Positions 32,701 to 41,978 of a DNA stretch of 64,000 bases are shown here, piece after piece (position 1 is the stretch's first letter; each line of letters opens with the position of its first letter). The stretch lies in NCBI GenBank assembly GCA_000004985.1, contig GG738922.1. One strand, written 5' to 3'. The stretch comes from Naegleria gruberi (taxonomy: Eukaryota). The notes under the pieces were generated by a model. The model saw only the letters and a program-made list of their open reading frames with translations. It was not told the DNA's origin and did no database searches. The translations under genes and the position numbers were made by a program.

Positions 32701-35700
32701 AAAATATTGGAAAATTTACATTGATGGTTGTGGCTACAATGAATAATAGTAGAATATCAGCTCCTAGTTCTTTGATTGTAGAAATAGTTCCCCTTATCAA
32801 TCCACCAAGTACAGGGAAATTTGGATTTTTGAGCATTCCCAAGATTGTGGAGAGGAATAACCCAAAACTTGATGTCATCATCTCGAATTTAACAGATGTA
32901 GATGAATCCTTTGTTGGAAACTGTGGGTTGCAAACAATGTGTTCTTTTAAGTTGACAACTTATTTAGTGGAACAAACTGAAAGTTCCAGCTTGACCCTTT
33001 GGACTCAATCGCAAGTAGTTGTTGGATCCAACAAGTATACAACTATATTCTTTACTCCACTTGTTTCTTTAAATCCATCGCTTACCTTTACAACTGTAAA
33101 TTCTACAACATTACTTCTTTATATGACACTTGAGTCTTCAAATGGAAACAATAGTTATAGTACTGCCATTCCTATTGTTGATTCGGCATTTGCACCAACA
33201 AACATCAATTTCACTAGTATGCCTCAGTCAGGTCCAGCAATCCAACAGATTTTCTCAATTAGTTCGTCACCTTGGAATGCACCATTACAAATTCAACCTT
33301 TGTTCTATTCCTATGGTATCTACCTTAGTGATACACAACAATATATTCAACTTTCTCCATTCACTCAATCAACTCAAGCATACATTCCTTTACCCTATTT
33401 GTCAGATGGCCCAGTTTCGGTTGCCATTTTTGTTAAGAATTCTTTAGGAAATATAATATCAAAAGTTCTTGGGCAAGTAACAGTCATTAAGTCAATTGGA
33501 AATGTGGACTACTTGAATCTTACTGATACGCAATTAGCAGTATCAGTGTTTGATCAATCTAGTCAACTCACCACTTCAGATATTTCAACAATTATTAGAA
33601 GAATTGATATTGGCTCTAATCCGGACTCACCCTTACTTTATTTAAATACATTGGTACTCAATAATATCTTGGATGGTTCACAATTAGGTCTATTATCAAA
33701 CAAACTTTATCATTTCCTTAATAACTCTGCAGCTTCCTACGAACAAGAAATGGTAAACTTTGGATTTGTCAAGAGCAAACTCTCAGAAGAGGCCCTGAAT
33801 TCAACATTTTCTATTATTTCAACTATTATAAGCAACTCAACCTTTGATGGATTATTAACTTCATTCTCTCAACTTGTTATTCAAAGCTCAATTCCTAAAG
33901 TCGTCTCTGATTCAGATATGACTTTTATTTCATACTCTTCAAATTTTGCTAAAGCTTCACTTGTATCTTTTGTGTTGCCATCTACCAATTATGGATACAA
34001 TTCAAACAGTTATTTTGTCAGCCCCACAGGAATGAATTTTTCTGTAACCCTGAATTTTACAGAAATTACATCTATCGGAGAGGCCAACACCCACGGATTG
34101 TCCATAATAACATTTTCTAATAATTCTAAATTGGATAACTATTCTATCAGCAATCAAATGCTGTCTAATGTGGCAGATTTTAAATATTTCCTGAATAATT
34201 CTTATGTGAAATTGAGAAATCTTAACAATCCTATTATTCTGAAATTTGATGTACAATCTGAAGTAATTGGAAATATCTCAAATCCATCTCTGATATCTTG
34301 TATGTATTGGGATGAAACATTCTCAATTTGGAGCACTGAAGGCTGCACTCTGGTTGGCTGGTCTAACAGTTCTGTTTTCTGTGGTTGTAATCACACCACT
34401 TCATTTGCAACCTTTATTGATTACAACCTATCTTCCATTGCAACAATAGGGGAAAAGACACAAGTTTCTGGACTATTTATCGCACAAATATTTTTTGGTT
34501 GTTTATTTGCTGTCATTTCCTTTGTCATGTTAATTCTGTTAGTCATATTTAGAAAACATCAACCTGTTTCAAGTAGGTTAATAACTCCTTACATGGGGAT
34601 GATAGCACTACTTGTGGAATGTATCAGTATTTTCATTATTCAGAGAAGTGTACTTGTTGACTATTTATGGAATAATAACATTGATTGGAGTTCAGGAACT
34701 AATGCTCCAAATGTAATCGCCAATATTACATTGATAATTGTGAATAGCTTGAATATTACTGCAATATTTTGTTACGTTTGGCAAACCATCAGATATGAAG
34801 TAATGAAGTATTTGTATGATTTGATTTCCAAAAGAACTGACAATCACCCAACAGGAATGAAAGTATTAAGAAGATTTGTCTCACAAACTCTATTTATTTC
34901 ATTAACAGCTATATGTCTTACTCTAAATATTGCATATTGGCTATTGTGGGTTATCTTGAGAAGAACAGAAGCCATTTCAGCAACTGCCTTCACCCAAATT
35001 ACTTCAATCTCATACACTGTTATTATTTTCGTATTCAGTGCCATTATTTCAGTTACTACAATTGTAGATGTCATTGCAGCATTGATTGGACAGGATATTT
35101 ACTTCAAAAGAAAAGTGCATTCCAATAACAAAATATTGAAAGAAAGTACTTCCTCTTTGGAAATGCAACTCGCATTAGCTCCACATCCTAAAAACAAGTT
35201 TTTCCACACTGATGCTCCGCTCTATTTTAGAACTGAGATGATTGCTTATGTGATTTGTTTTGCATTAATGATCGTTCAACAAGTAACAGGTTTAAGTGTT
35301 TATTCCAACTCAGATGCAATTGTAAATATTGAAATTGTCAATTTGGTCTTTCAATTACTGTACTATATTTCATTCATTGGAGTGTTTGGAGGTTTTTCAT
35401 TGACAGTTTTGTTAATTTATAGAAAAAAATCAAAGAAATCATCCCACGATGCCTCTGAACTGAATGAAATTATCAATGAGGTTATTGGATTACAATTATT
35501 CGAAGTGTTTTGTGAATCAGAATTTTCCACTGAAAATCTTTACTTGTATCAATTACTGAAAGAAAATGAGAATATAAATTCAGAAGCAAATATCATGAAA
35601 TTATCAACTTTCGTAAGAACTATTTTCGAATTGTTCATTCAAAGAAATTCCAAGTACGAGGTTAACATTCCATCAAGTGTTTCAACAAATTTCAAACATT

Positions 35701-35927
35701 TGATAAACATATTAGAAAGTACAAACATTGAACTGCAACAAGATGAAACCAATTCACCTTTGAAACTAAAGTCAAAGGAGGTATTTAGTGACCTTTTGGA
35801 TCAAATTTTATTGAACTTGGAGGATACCTTTTCAAGGTTTGTAACATTGGACGTTTATGAAAGATACAAAGAAAAGAAAGATTGGAAGACAAACATGTTA
35901 GCACAATCAAATATAAGCGTTCAATAA
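29730..35927 (+). CDS. Giant adhesion-GPCR-like receptor: signal peptide, about 45 ephrin-receptor-like (GCC2/GCC3-type) Cys-rich modules, EGF module, GAIN/GPS, 7TM, C-terminal RGS domain
   Basis: Signal peptide 'VVILFLLCSVSNA'. Modules 'C..C.AG.YS..G.SSC' span about nt 29830-32420. EGF 'CSGNGVCVSNNTCSCFEGFDGLNC'. GPS 'CMYWDETFSIWSTEGC...CGCNHTTSFATF' lies at about 34300-34420. Seven TM helices span about 34470-35425. RGS box 'LFEVFCESEFSTENLYLYQLL...KYEVNIPSSV' lies at about 35495-35720. Confidence 0.8.
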   Translation: MSNKFIRDWLACVVILFLLCSVSNAGSLAIVCIPGEYISGSACLDCPGGTYSSGMTTSCSDCSAGYYSEVGSTSSDCSICAAGTYSNNRASSCTNCAGGTYSAGGASSCTSCSAGYYSSAGSSSCYQCGAGTYSTGGASSCTNCAAGYYSSTVGATSSSVCLMCSAGTYSTISVAGGASSCTSCSAGYYSSAGASSCSQCGAGTYSAVSSSSCTNCAAGSYSSAGSSSCTSCSAGYRSSAGSSSCSQCGAGTYSAGGASSCTSCSAGYYSSAGSSSCSQCGAGTYSAGGASSCTNCGAGTYSSTVGGTSSSVCLNCVAGTYSTISGATSATVCQNCNAGSFSTGGSSSCTNCAAGYYSASGSSSCSQCGAGTYSTGGSSSCASCAAGSYSSAGSSSCTSCSAGYYSNPGSSSCSQCGAGTYSSTGSSSCTSCSAGYYSNSGSSSCSQCGAGTYSTGGSSGCTSCSAGYYSSAGSSSCSQCGAGTYSTGGASSCTSCLAGYYSSAGSSSCSQCGAGTYSTGGSSSCTNCGAGTYSSTPGATNAGVCLTCSAGYYSSVGASSCSKCSAGTYSSSGSSSCTNCAAGYYSTSGSSSCSQCGAGTYSTGGSSSCTSCSAGYYSSAGSSSCSQCGAGTYSSTGSSSCTSCSAGYYSTSGSSSCSQCGAGTYSTGGSSSCTICSAGYRSSAGSSSCSQCGAGTFSTGGSSSCANCTAGSYSSVGSSNCTSCLAGYYSSTGSSSCSQCGAGTYSTSASSNCSSCGAGSYSSAGASSCSQCGAGTYSAGGASSCTNCGAGTYSSTVGGTNSSVCLNCVAGTYSFETGAASANVCQSCRAGTYSSMGSSNCTNCTPGFYSTTVNATSSATCIPCSAGTFSNSTGASYCFQCPEGTNSASGSSLCNSFSCFQYNNCSGNGVCVSNNTCSCFEGFDGLNCNISLPFSINLNSSYVTLSTTKIFTVLVVGNYSDIIRYDVFCMNCSFLNFTTSNNLITIDMTGQNIGKFTLMVVATMNNSRISAPSSLIVEIVPLINPPSTGKFGFLSIPKIVERNNPKLDVIISNLTDVDESFVGNCGLQTMCSFKLTTYLVEQTESSSLTLWTQSQVVVGSNKYTTIFFTPLVSLNPSLTFTTVNSTTLLLYMTLESSNGNNSYSTAIPIVDSAFAPTNINFTSMPQSGPAIQQIFSISSSPWNAPLQIQPLFYSYGIYLSDTQQYIQLSPFTQSTQAYIPLPYLSDGPVSVAIFVKNSLGNIISKVLGQVTVIKSIGNVDYLNLTDTQLAVSVFDQSSQLTTSDISTIIRRIDIGSNPDSPLLYLNTLVLNNILDGSQLGLLSNKLYHFLNNSAASYEQEMVNFGFVKSKLSEEALNSTFSIISTIISNSTFDGLLTSFSQLVIQSSIPKVVSDSDMTFISYSSNFAKASLVSFVLPSTNYGYNSNSYFVSPTGMNFSVTLNFTEITSIGEANTHGLSIITFSNNSKLDNYSISNQMLSNVADFKYFLNNSYVKLRNLNNPIILKFDVQSEVIGNISNPSLISCMYWDETFSIWSTEGCTLVGWSNSSVFCGCNHTTSFATFIDYNLSSIATIGEKTQVSGLFIAQIFFGCLFAVISFVMLILLVIFRKHQPVSSRLITPYMGMIALLVECISIFIIQRSVLVDYLWNNNIDWSSGTNAPNVIANITLIIVNSLNITAIFCYVWQTIRYEVMKYLYDLISKRTDNHPTGMKVLRRFVSQTLFISLTAICLTLNIAYWLLWVILRRTEAISATAFTQITSISYTVIIFVFSAIISVTTIVDVIAALIGQDIYFKRKVHSNNKILKESTSSLEMQLALAPHPKNKFFHTDAPLYFRTEMIAYVICFALMIVQQVTGLSVYSNSDAIVNIEIVNLVFQLLYYISFIGVFGGFSLTVLLIYRKKSKKSSHDASELNEIINEVIGLQLFEVFCESEFSTENLYLYQLLKENENINSEANIMKLSTFVRTIFELFIQRNSKYEVNIPSSVSTNFKHLINILESTNIELQQDETNSPLKLKSKEVFSDLLDQILLNLEDTFSRFVTLDVYERYKEKKDWKTNMLAQSNISVQ
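29830..32330 (+). repeat. Coding tandem repeat array (about 75/150-nt units, many copies over 90 percent identical) encoding ephrin-receptor-like Cys modules
   Basis: Sequence blocks such as 'tgctcagcaggttattattcaagtgctggctcgtcatcatgttctcaatgtggagctggaac' recur directly. The periodicity also creates the shadow ORFs seen in other frames. Confidence 0.85.
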
Positions 35928-36184
35928 ATTATTACCTAGGTTTAGAATCAATATTCGAGATTACTTCTTCAATATTCCATTTTGTTAGATTCCAAACACA
36001 TAGAGTTATTCAAAACTAAACGAAATTATGGTCAACCGTGCAATAGTTCACCAAGTTCTCCATTTGAAATGCAATGAAACATTAGAGGCAATTCAAATTG
36101 TTAGTGATAAAACAATGTTTTCATGAACATAAAGATTTCAAGTTCACAGTTCCAAACCAACGAAAATCTTCAAATACCAAAAGA

Positions 36185-37489
36185 ATGCAAATTTTAAAAA
36201 TAAATCACAACGAAAAAAAACAACTCAAAAACTCGCAGCAGCGAAAAATCATAAACGAAAAAGTGAAGAAAATGAACAGCGATAATTTTTTCTTTGAAGA
36301 AAGCCTTTTGCAAGAATTGTCCAACAATTTGATGGAAAGCTTTGATCAGGCTGCCTACTCTGCTTGTTCATCATCCGATACTTGTTCATCCACTAATACT
36401 GATGATGAATCTATTTTACAATTCTTTAATTTTAATAATCAATTGATGACATCGATATCATGTCAATGCGAAGGTGGTTTTGAATTGAATAATAATACTA
36501 AAGTTTCAAGACCAAGAGGAGCTCCATTTTCTATCTACGTTAACGACAAGTTGAACGTTACCATTTCTACTCAATTTTTGAGTGAAAATAATTTAAATCA
36601 ATCATCAGTGACAATTTCCTTGAAGACCTTCTTGTTTGAAGATGTCTCATCACTCGATAGTTTAGAAGAATATACTATCAATTTGAACCAAGCTAAAATG
36701 GTCAATAATCAATTACAAATAACAATTCCTATCAGAAGAGATAACACCACTAGAAGAAAGACTAGAAAGTCAACTGCCAAGTCAATCAAGGGTGAAGAAA
36801 CTGCTGAAGATTTGGAAAGAAAGAAAAAGATGAGAAGAAGCTTGAATCAAGAAGCTACCAAGAAGGTTTCCTATATTCAAGTTATTGCTAATCAACAAGT
36901 TTTAGCCACTTCTCAAAATATGTGGTGTAGATCCAAGACAAGATCCGAAATGGAAAAGAAGAAGGGTCGTAAAACTTCTACTCCAAAGAAGAATCCAAGC
37001 ACCAAGAGAAAGTCATCTGATTTGATTCCTTTGGAAATTGATGCACAAATGATTAATACTCATTTGAAGTCTGCCAAACGTGTCAAGCAAACTGCTCCTA
37101 CTGTTGTTGTTGAAACTCAACCAATTTCAATGGTGGAAGAAGAAATTCCAGAATACATGATGCAAATGATTCCAACCAATTGGCAAGAAGTTTGTGGTGT
37201 TACAACTGTTGATGGTGCCAAACAAGTGCAAACTGTCACAGTCAACAATGATGAAGATGATGTCTTTGCCTTATTCGATAATGATTTCATGTTCCAAGAA
37301 CCAATGCCATCTCCATCATCTGCTATTCCTTCAATGGGTATTAATTTGGATTTGGATGATTTGTTCCCACTCGAAAGTATCCAACAACCAGCATCTGCTA
37401 TTAATGGTCACATGATGTTCGCCAAGCCAGTTTGTCTTGATGATTTGGATTTCGATACCTTCTTAACTGAACAAGAAATAAACATGTAA
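36185..37489 (+). CDS. Hypothetical basic/acidic protein (possible nuclear factor)
   Basis: The track ORF 36098..37489 starts at TTG; the first ATG is 36185. It has a K/R-rich stretch 'KKKGRKTSTPKKNPSTKRK' and an acidic C-terminus 'DDLDFDTFLTEQEINM'. Confidence 0.5.
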   Translation: MQILKINHNEKKQLKNSQQRKIINEKVKKMNSDNFFFEESLLQELSNNLMESFDQAAYSACSSSDTCSSTNTDDESILQFFNFNNQLMTSISCQCEGGFELNNNTKVSRPRGAPFSIYVNDKLNVTISTQFLSENNLNQSSVTISLKTFLFEDVSSLDSLEEYTINLNQAKMVNNQLQITIPIRRDNTTRRKTRKSTAKSIKGEETAEDLERKKKMRRSLNQEATKKVSYIQVIANQQVLATSQNMWCRSKTRSEMEKKKGRKTSTPKKNPSTKRKSSDLIPLEIDAQMINTHLKSAKRVKQTAPTVVVETQPISMVEEEIPEYMMQMIPTNWQEVCGVTTVDGAKQVQTVTVNNDEDDVFALFDNDFMFQEPMPSPSSAIPSMGINLDLDDLFPLESIQQPASAINGHMMFAKPVCLDDLDFDTFLTEQEINM

Positions 37490-37565
37490 ATAATCCAAAT
37501 GAATGAAAATATGAATTGCAAATTTTGTAACTAGTTCAATTCTAGAAAAACAATATCAAAAAAAA

Positions 37566-38354
37566 ATGTCTAAAAATCCACCTTCATCTTCACCAACACA
37601 ACAACTCCAACCCTATGCCCAATCCAAATTGGATATCTCTGGTTCATGTGTTGTTTGTTCAATAGCCTACACAATCAATTCAAAACTCTCACAAGAAAAA
37701 AAACCACAAGTACCCATCGAAAAATTTCTTCAAACAGCAATCAAACATAAATTCTTCTCTACCAAAGGACATGGCATTCACTCGAAAGGAAGTGCAAATC
37801 TTGGAAGGTTATTTGGAAAAGTAGAGTGGGGATTCTTTGGAAATTCTCAAGAGGAAGACGAATTTTCAGATGACGACGATGAAATAGATCCACAATGTAG
37901 GAAGAGACAATTCTTTGATTGTGAAAAGGATTCGTATAGAGATGGACCTGAACTGATTAGAGAAAAATTGAGAGAGGCAGGAGGTTATGTTGTGGTTGGT
38001 GTGAGATCGTGCATGAGTTCGATGAGTAGGGCAACCACTCATGCAGTAGTTGTGCTTGGAATTGATGATTCGAATAGAGTAACTATTGCAGATTCTTATT
38101 CACATTTTACAAAAAGAAATGAACCTAATGCAATGTTTCCTTATGGAAAACCAAATTGGGAATTTTCACCTGGAATTTATACAGTTGAGTGGAGTGAATT
38201 TGATGCATCTTGGAATTCAAGAGATGATTATGCAGGAGAGGATGATTTGGAAAATGATGAAGCATTTTCAGATTTTAATGTTAAAGAGGAAGGATTCAGA
38301 TTTTGGATGATTATTAAACATGACCACAAGTTAATTTCCAAAAATTGTAAATAA
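37566..38354 (+). CDS. Hypothetical protein (possible Cys/His hydrolase-like core)
   Basis: ATG ORF of 262 codons; 'GVRSCMSSM...TTHAVVVLGIDD' Cys...His arrangement, no firm family call. Confidence 0.5.
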   Translation: MSKNPPSSSPTQQLQPYAQSKLDISGSCVVCSIAYTINSKLSQEKKPQVPIEKFLQTAIKHKFFSTKGHGIHSKGSANLGRLFGKVEWGFFGNSQEEDEFSDDDDEIDPQCRKRQFFDCEKDSYRDGPELIREKLREAGGYVVVGVRSCMSSMSRATTHAVVVLGIDDSNRVTIADSYSHFTKRNEPNAMFPYGKPNWEFSPGIYTVEWSEFDASWNSRDDYAGEDDLENDEAFSDFNVKEEGFRFWMIIKHDHKLISKNCK

Positions 38355-38513
38355 AAAGTTTATGGAATAATTTATTAAGGTTGTAAACTCTATAATACCC
38401 AGGTTGACCTATCGAATATGTTTCTAAAGTCAATGAACTGTGAACTTACCATAGTTCATAGTTAGTTTTACAACACAATTCAATAATAAAAATTCAAAAA
38501 TTCAAAAAAAAAA

Positions 38514-39296
38514 ATGGATCTAAACTACTACGATCACTACATCAACAAGGAGAATGGTTCCTATGTGGTCTGGCGAGATTTGACCTTCAATAACCAATCC
38601 ACCTTTGACATTATCAATTTCGGCCTCTCGGAAAAGAAGTTACAATTATCTGATGATACAACTCATCAATTCCGAAGAAATTTAAATGAATTTTCTCTCT
38701 CTGCAGCCTTTAATAAGGTTCCCCAACGTACGAATCCGATAGTTAATGGAGAATCCGATCAGAAGAGAGTTTCTCTCTATATTGAAAATTGCCACTATCA
38801 AATATTCGATTTTTCCAAACAATATTTCAAGAGAATTGTTTTTGAAAATTGTTCAAATTGTGAAATTTATTTAGGAAAAACATTTGGTGGATATGAATTC
38901 AGTAATTGTTCCAATCTTACTATTCAATTTACTAAAAATGTTGAGAATTTGAGTACTATTCTAGAGGATTCTAAATTCATTTCCATTATTTTCCATTTTA
39001 AATTATCAGAAATGAATGAAATGAGAATAGTTTCGACTAATTTATTTGGAGTCAAAGTCATGTATCAGAGTGATCCCTCATCAAAGAGAAAAAACGATTC
39101 AATTGTAAATATTAATCATTCAACTTATGAATTTGTAAATTTGGATCAAATTGGAATTTCCAATCGATTTGTAGAGATTACAAAAAAACAATTACAATCA
39201 AATTTACAATCAAATACTTTTCATAGAAAATTCTTTCACGATTCATTGAATGATATTAACATTATTACACAATTCTCACATGACTCTGATGAATAA
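38514..39296 (+). CDS. Hypothetical protein
   Basis: ATG ORF of 260 codons preceded by an A-rich leader. Confidence 0.5.
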   Translation: MDLNYYDHYINKENGSYVVWRDLTFNNQSTFDIINFGLSEKKLQLSDDTTHQFRRNLNEFSLSAAFNKVPQRTNPIVNGESDQKRVSLYIENCHYQIFDFSKQYFKRIVFENCSNCEIYLGKTFGGYEFSNCSNLTIQFTKNVENLSTILEDSKFISIIFHFKLSEMNEMRIVSTNLFGVKVMYQSDPSSKRKNDSIVNINHSTYEFVNLDQIGISNRFVEITKKQLQSNLQSNTFHRKFFHDSLNDINIITQFSHDSDE

Positions 39297-39476
39297 TTCC
39301 CTTTCAATACCGTTCAGTACTATTTAACCTTTACAAAAAAATGTATTTAAATATTTAAATGTTTGTATTTTAAAAAAAAATGTAAATAATTCAATGCTAG
39401 AATTTACCTCAATTTCCAAACCAACAACCTTCAAGTGTTCAATATTCAATATTTAATTAATTCAATTTATTAAAAA

Positions 39477-41066
39477 ATGTTTCCACTCATAAAAAGCCTT
39501 TCCGATATTCAAGCTTGTTTTTCTTCGGCAATTAACCAACAAGAAGATGTCCATCATCTTCATACAAAATCAAACTCTATTATCGGAGGCTTTTCTAACA
39601 ATAATTTAATGGATCAATTCAAGATTGAACGTGATGGTGGTTACATCTTTATCAAATATAAACATGCTATATCGATGAAAGATACTTTTCCTGATCCGAA
39701 TGATGAATTTCTATCTGCAGAGGAACGTTTGAATTATCAACTCAGAAGGGAATGTAGAGGAATTGTATTTCGGAATGATCAAGATGATGATGAAGTAAAT
39801 ATTCAGCAGGAAAATATACAAAATGATGAAAAGAAGGTGAAAGGAAGAATCATTTCGAGAAAGTTTCACAAGTTTTTCAATATTAATGAGAGGGAGGAGA
39901 GTAATGTGGAGAGTATAAATTGGAGAAGAGGTTTTATTGTGATGGAAAAGATGGATGGATCATTGGTTTCGCCACTGAGGATTATTCGAAACGATGATTT
40001 GAATGATGGGATAGAAGATTCGAATAGAGTGTGGACATTTACTTCAATGTTGGGATTTACAGAAACTGGACAAGCTGTGGATGAGTTCATCTATCAAGAA
40101 ATGGAGGGAAGAAAGAGAGACAAATTATTCGAATTGTGTGAATATTGTGAAGAGAGTGGAATAACTCCATTATTTGAATTTTGTTCAAAGGAAAACAAGG
40201 TTGTTATTGAACATGAAAAGACAAGTTTAATCCTTTTGGCATTTAGAAATATAGAATCTGGAGAATATATGTCCTTCAAAGATACTGTTAACACTCTCAA
40301 CAAGTTCAATAACCCGGTTCCTATTGTAAAACTGTGGAAGGAATATCCTAATGGATTGAAAGGAGTAGAGGATGCAAACAAGCTCTTGAAGGAAATTTAT
40401 GCCCAAAAGAATGTTGAAGGATATGTCATTAGATTTTATGAAGGTGACATGTATAAGGTAAAGACCACATGGTACACAAGCTTGCATGGATTGGAAACTA
40501 CAGGAAAGTTTATTAGAGATCGACACGTTATTAAGGGAATTTTGGAGAATAATGTTGATGATATCATTTCTAGTTCCTTCTTTAACGGAGAGGAAAAGAA
40601 GAGGAAAGCTCTTCAATTATTCAGAGATGAAGTTGAAAGAAGGATACTCCTTAAAATTGCTGAAACCACAAAGGAATTGAAGGAGAAATCAATTGATGAC
40701 ATTTCACCAGATTCAATCACTGGTAAATTTTACTATTATCTCACTTCAGAGCATCCACAAGAAGCTATCAACAATTCAGATCTCATAACATCCGTATACT
40801 ATTCATTCCTCATTGAATATTTTAAGCTTAATGGAAGAGAATTCGATAGACACCGAAAATTATTCTACAAGTATCTCTCTATTGATTTCTCAGTCATGAA
40901 ACCTTACCATTTCACACATGAAGGAATTTTATCAGAACCAAGCAGCAGCAGCACTCCACCTAAAAAACAAGCACAACCACCAAGATATGCCGCTTCCAAA
41001 AACGATTCCACAAACCAATCATCAAACTCTGCAAAACCATCAGTTGACAAGAAGAAACGCAAGTAA
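39477..41066 (+). CDS. ATP-dependent RNA ligase-like protein (T4 Rnl1 / Trl1 ligase-domain type nucleotidyltransferase) with basic C-terminal tail
   Basis: Motif I 'EKMDGSLVS' (KxDG, about 39947-39970; compare T4 Rnl1 KEDGSLVS). Motif IV 'EGYVIRF' (about 40426). Motif V 'YKVKTTW' (KxK). The order and spacing match the covalent nucleotidyltransferase fold. Confidence 0.6.
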   Translation: MFPLIKSLSDIQACFSSAINQQEDVHHLHTKSNSIIGGFSNNNLMDQFKIERDGGYIFIKYKHAISMKDTFPDPNDEFLSAEERLNYQLRRECRGIVFRNDQDDDEVNIQQENIQNDEKKVKGRIISRKFHKFFNINEREESNVESINWRRGFIVMEKMDGSLVSPLRIIRNDDLNDGIEDSNRVWTFTSMLGFTETGQAVDEFIYQEMEGRKRDKLFELCEYCEESGITPLFEFCSKENKVVIEHEKTSLILLAFRNIESGEYMSFKDTVNTLNKFNNPVPIVKLWKEYPNGLKGVEDANKLLKEIYAQKNVEGYVIRFYEGDMYKVKTTWYTSLHGLETTGKFIRDRHVIKGILENNVDDIISSSFFNGEEKKRKALQLFRDEVERRILLKIAETTKELKEKSIDDISPDSITGKFYYYLTSEHPQEAINNSDLITSVYYSFLIEYFKLNGREFDRHRKLFYKYLSIDFSVMKPYHFTHEGILSEPSSSSTPPKKQAQPPRYAASKNDSTNQSSNSAKPSVDKKKRK

Positions 41067-41097
41067 TGAACTCCCATTGTAAACACTTTAAAAAAAA

Positions 41098-41952
41098 ATG
41101 CACCATCACAAACCACTGTTCCCACTCGAAAACCTTCCCTCACAAGTTGTATCACACTTCCTGATGAATAATAAAAAGTTACAAGAGGAGAGAATCGAGT
41201 GGATAGAATCAGAGACGAGAAAAATTGATGAATTTACAGAAAAAATTACAAAACACACTTTACTTATCCCGACTACGAATGGTGATGATCAAAAAGCACA
41301 AGAAAAGATTATTAAATTAAATGTTGGTGGAAGTGTTTTCACTACCAATTTGAAAACATTGCTGAATGAAAAGGATACATTCTTTAGTGGATTTTTTAGT
41401 GATCGATTCTTACCACAAATACAAAAGGTGGAAAGTGAAAGTGGAGTAGAGGATGTCTATTTCATTGACAGGAATGGAAAGAATTTTTCATTAATTTTGG
41501 ATCATTTGCGAGGACATAAAATTGGACCAAAGATTCAAAATTTGACTGGAATTGAATTATTTGAATTTGTGGAAGATGTTGCTTTCTATCAAGTTCGCTC
41601 TATTTATCCTTTATTGAATGATGAATCTAAGGAAATGTTAAGGGAACATTTTTCAATTGAGTTGGAGGAAGCACCTAAAGTGAAAGAAACAATACCAATT
41701 GCAAATAATAGACTAAAGCTTACATCACATGCTTTAGCGAATATTCCTCAAGAGTATAAGAGAATGGTGTTGGGCGAAACTTTACATCCTTTTGTTCTCG
41801 AATTGGAACCTACAAACGCCGGCAAGATTACAGGAATGCTTCTAGAAATGGAAACAAACATGATCTTGAATTGGATTGAGAATGATGATGAATTGAAGAA
41901 GATTGTTGAACAAGCAGTTACAGTTTTAAAAGGGAGTTCTTTATATAATTAA
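41098..41952 (+). CDS. BTB/POZ (T1/KCTD-type) domain fused to PABC/MLLE domain
   Basis: BTB 'IIKLNVGGSVFTTNLKTLLN...VYFIDRNGKNFSLILDHLRGHKI' lies at about 41305-41640. MLLE 'LGETLHPFVLELEPTNAGKITGMLLEMETNMILNWIENDDELKKIVEQAVTVLK' lies at about 41740-41940. Confidence 0.75.
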   Translation: MHHHKPLFPLENLPSQVVSHFLMNNKKLQEERIEWIESETRKIDEFTEKITKHTLLIPTTNGDDQKAQEKIIKLNVGGSVFTTNLKTLLNEKDTFFSGFFSDRFLPQIQKVESESGVEDVYFIDRNGKNFSLILDHLRGHKIGPKIQNLTGIELFEFVEDVAFYQVRSIYPLLNDESKEMLREHFSIELEEAPKVKETIPIANNRLKLTSHALANIPQEYKRMVLGETLHPFVLELEPTNAGKITGMLLEMETNMILNWIENDDELKKIVEQAVTVLKGSSLYN

Positions 41953-41978
41953 TTATTTATCATATACTTGAATAAACT

